Below are positions 62,701 through 64,000 of a DNA stretch of 64,000 bases, one piece after another (position 1 is the stretch's first letter; each line of letters begins with the position of its first letter). Location of the stretch: NCBI RefSeq assembly GCF_964204645.1, contig NC_134033.1, positions 9,494,655 through 9,558,654 on the forward strand, read 5' to 3'. The DNA comes from Tubulanus polymorphus. Lineage: Eukaryota; Animalia; Nemertea. The notes beneath the pieces are model-generated. The model worked only from the letters and a program-made list of their open reading frames with translations, was not told where the DNA came from and made no database searches. A program made the position numbers and the translations under genes.

Positions 62701-63530
62701 AATGGCTTAGTATTTCCTTATTAGATTGGTACCTTGGCATATTTTGTTACTATGATCAATTGCAAAATTGTATTTCATGACATGTACTACGATTGTGGTG
62801 AGTTTTAAGGTCATTGGGTTTTGCATATGGTCTCAAGAGGGCGTTGAATAGTAGAATAACTTAGTATTTCCATATTAAATTGGTAACGAGGCATATTTTG
62901 TTATCACAATCAATTACAAAATCATAGCTGCTCACATGTTCTATGATTGTGGTGGGTTTCAAGGTCATTGGTTTTTGTATATGGTCACTAGAGGGCGTTA
63001 TGTATTTAAATTGTTAGATAGTTGAGCATTTGAAACCACTTCCCAAGTGAGCATGGAGTCCCTGGACCCCTAGTTTGGTTTTGTCGCCCGCGACAATTCA
63101 TTATTTTGGTTTTGTCGCACGCAACAATTCATTATTTTGTTTTTGCCGTCCGCGACAATTCATTATTTTGGTTTTATCGCCCGCGACGATTCAATATTTT
63201 GGTTTTAACGCCCGCGACAATTCATTATTGTGGTTTTGTCGCCCGCGACAATTCATTATTTTGGTTTTGTCGCACGCAACAATTCATTATTTTGGTTTTA
63301 TCGCCCGCGACAATTCATTATTTTGGTTTTATCGCCCGCGACGATTCAATATTTTGGTTTTAACGCCCGCGACAATTCATTATTGTGGTTTTATCGCCCG
63401 CGACAATTCATTATTTTGGTTTTATCGCCCGCCACAATTCATTATTTTTGTTTTGTCACCCGTGACAATTCAATATTTTGGTTTTGTCACCCGCGACAAT
63501 TCATAATTTTGGTTTTGTCGCCCGTGGTTT
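59779..63530 (+). repeat. 31-bp satellite (ttggttttgtcgcccgcgacaattcattatt) starting ~100 bp after a second TATGGTGGCTGAT terminus; interrupted by a HINE
   Basis: Dozens of tandem units at 59880-61660 and 63074-63530; terminus at 59779 resembles that at 57419. Confidence 0.9.
61664..63073 (+). mobile_element. HINE family 1, complete, five ~155-bp repeats, inserted in a T-run of the satellite
   Basis: caattcttttt|cagtccacttggga...ggacccctag|tttggttttgtcgccc; the satellite resumes after it. Confidence 0.85.
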
Positions 63531-64000
63531 TGTCGGAACATTAAGCTTTTTGGTCGAACAGTGTGTTAAGGTCGTTTTGGAAATTTACTCGGTCTGGTAT
63601 ATTTTGGATTACTGTGTATGTCATTTGTCAGGAGATTAAACAGAAGACGACTTAGGATACTACCTTGCGTGACTCCACTAGTTAGACCGTCTCATTCCAA
63701 GATGAGGCGTTCCGTTGATTTCGGTTACAAGTTTCCGTTCAGAGATAACTGCTGAGCCATTTGGGCGACCTATCATTGATACTGTTTCCTAATAGCCTGT
63801 TTAGTAACGGCTGATGTTGAGCCTTATGAAATGCTTTGTTGAAATCCACCGTTGAACAGGATTCTAAGACTGTGCAGAAAACCCGTTATCGCTGCTTTGC
63901 AGCTATATTTCAAATAAAGATTTTAGAGCAAAAATTGGAACAATGGGTGGATTAGGAATATTATATACTAAAGAATTTGGAAAAATAATGGCAAATTCAG

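Noticed and set aside
59880-63530. 31-bp repeats as a CRISPR array
   Set aside because: Head-to-tail units, no unique spacers, no cas genes, eukaryotic context
57442-63544. Many overlapping ORFs with repeated peptides
   Set aside because: Translations of the 154-bp and 31-bp satellites
1-64000. rRNA, tRNA or other structured RNA genes
   Set aside because: None recognised by eye; a covariance-model search would be needed to exclude them

Overview
Repeat-dense eukaryotic genomic DNA, probably a marine invertebrate (inferred from spliceosomal introns, a FUT1/2-like GT11 gene and invertebrate-type transposons); it is not prokaryotic. It holds four pieces of one AT-rich Polinton/Maverick (adintovirus-like) family. 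A (1-4987): capsid, integrase, packaging ATPase. B (5174-5522): stub of a polymerase N-terminus. C (10951-18972, minus strand) and D (48968-56223, plus strand): pPolB, penton-like and small membrane-protein genes. All are partly decayed. Highlight 1: the pPolB of copy C carries a 355-codon LAGLIDADG intein exactly inside catalytic motif C (YFD|TD), while copy D has the empty allele (YFDTDS). Highlight 2: copy C has a frameshifted gene resembling poxvirus late transcription factor VLTF-3 (vaccinia A2), and 16 of the 18 viral starts I could inspect lie in the poxvirus-late-type TAAATG motif. Together these suggest a Polinton with a poxvirus-like transcription programme, possibly dependent on a helper virus (inference). 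The remainder is one host alpha-1,2-fucosyltransferase gene, an intron-containing piggyBac with its MITE, a decayed second piggyBac, Helentron-type (HINE) elements, satellite-filled IS3EU-like elements, several MITEs, and LINE, ISL2EU and hAT relics. All family assignments are from motif recognition by eye; no searches were run.
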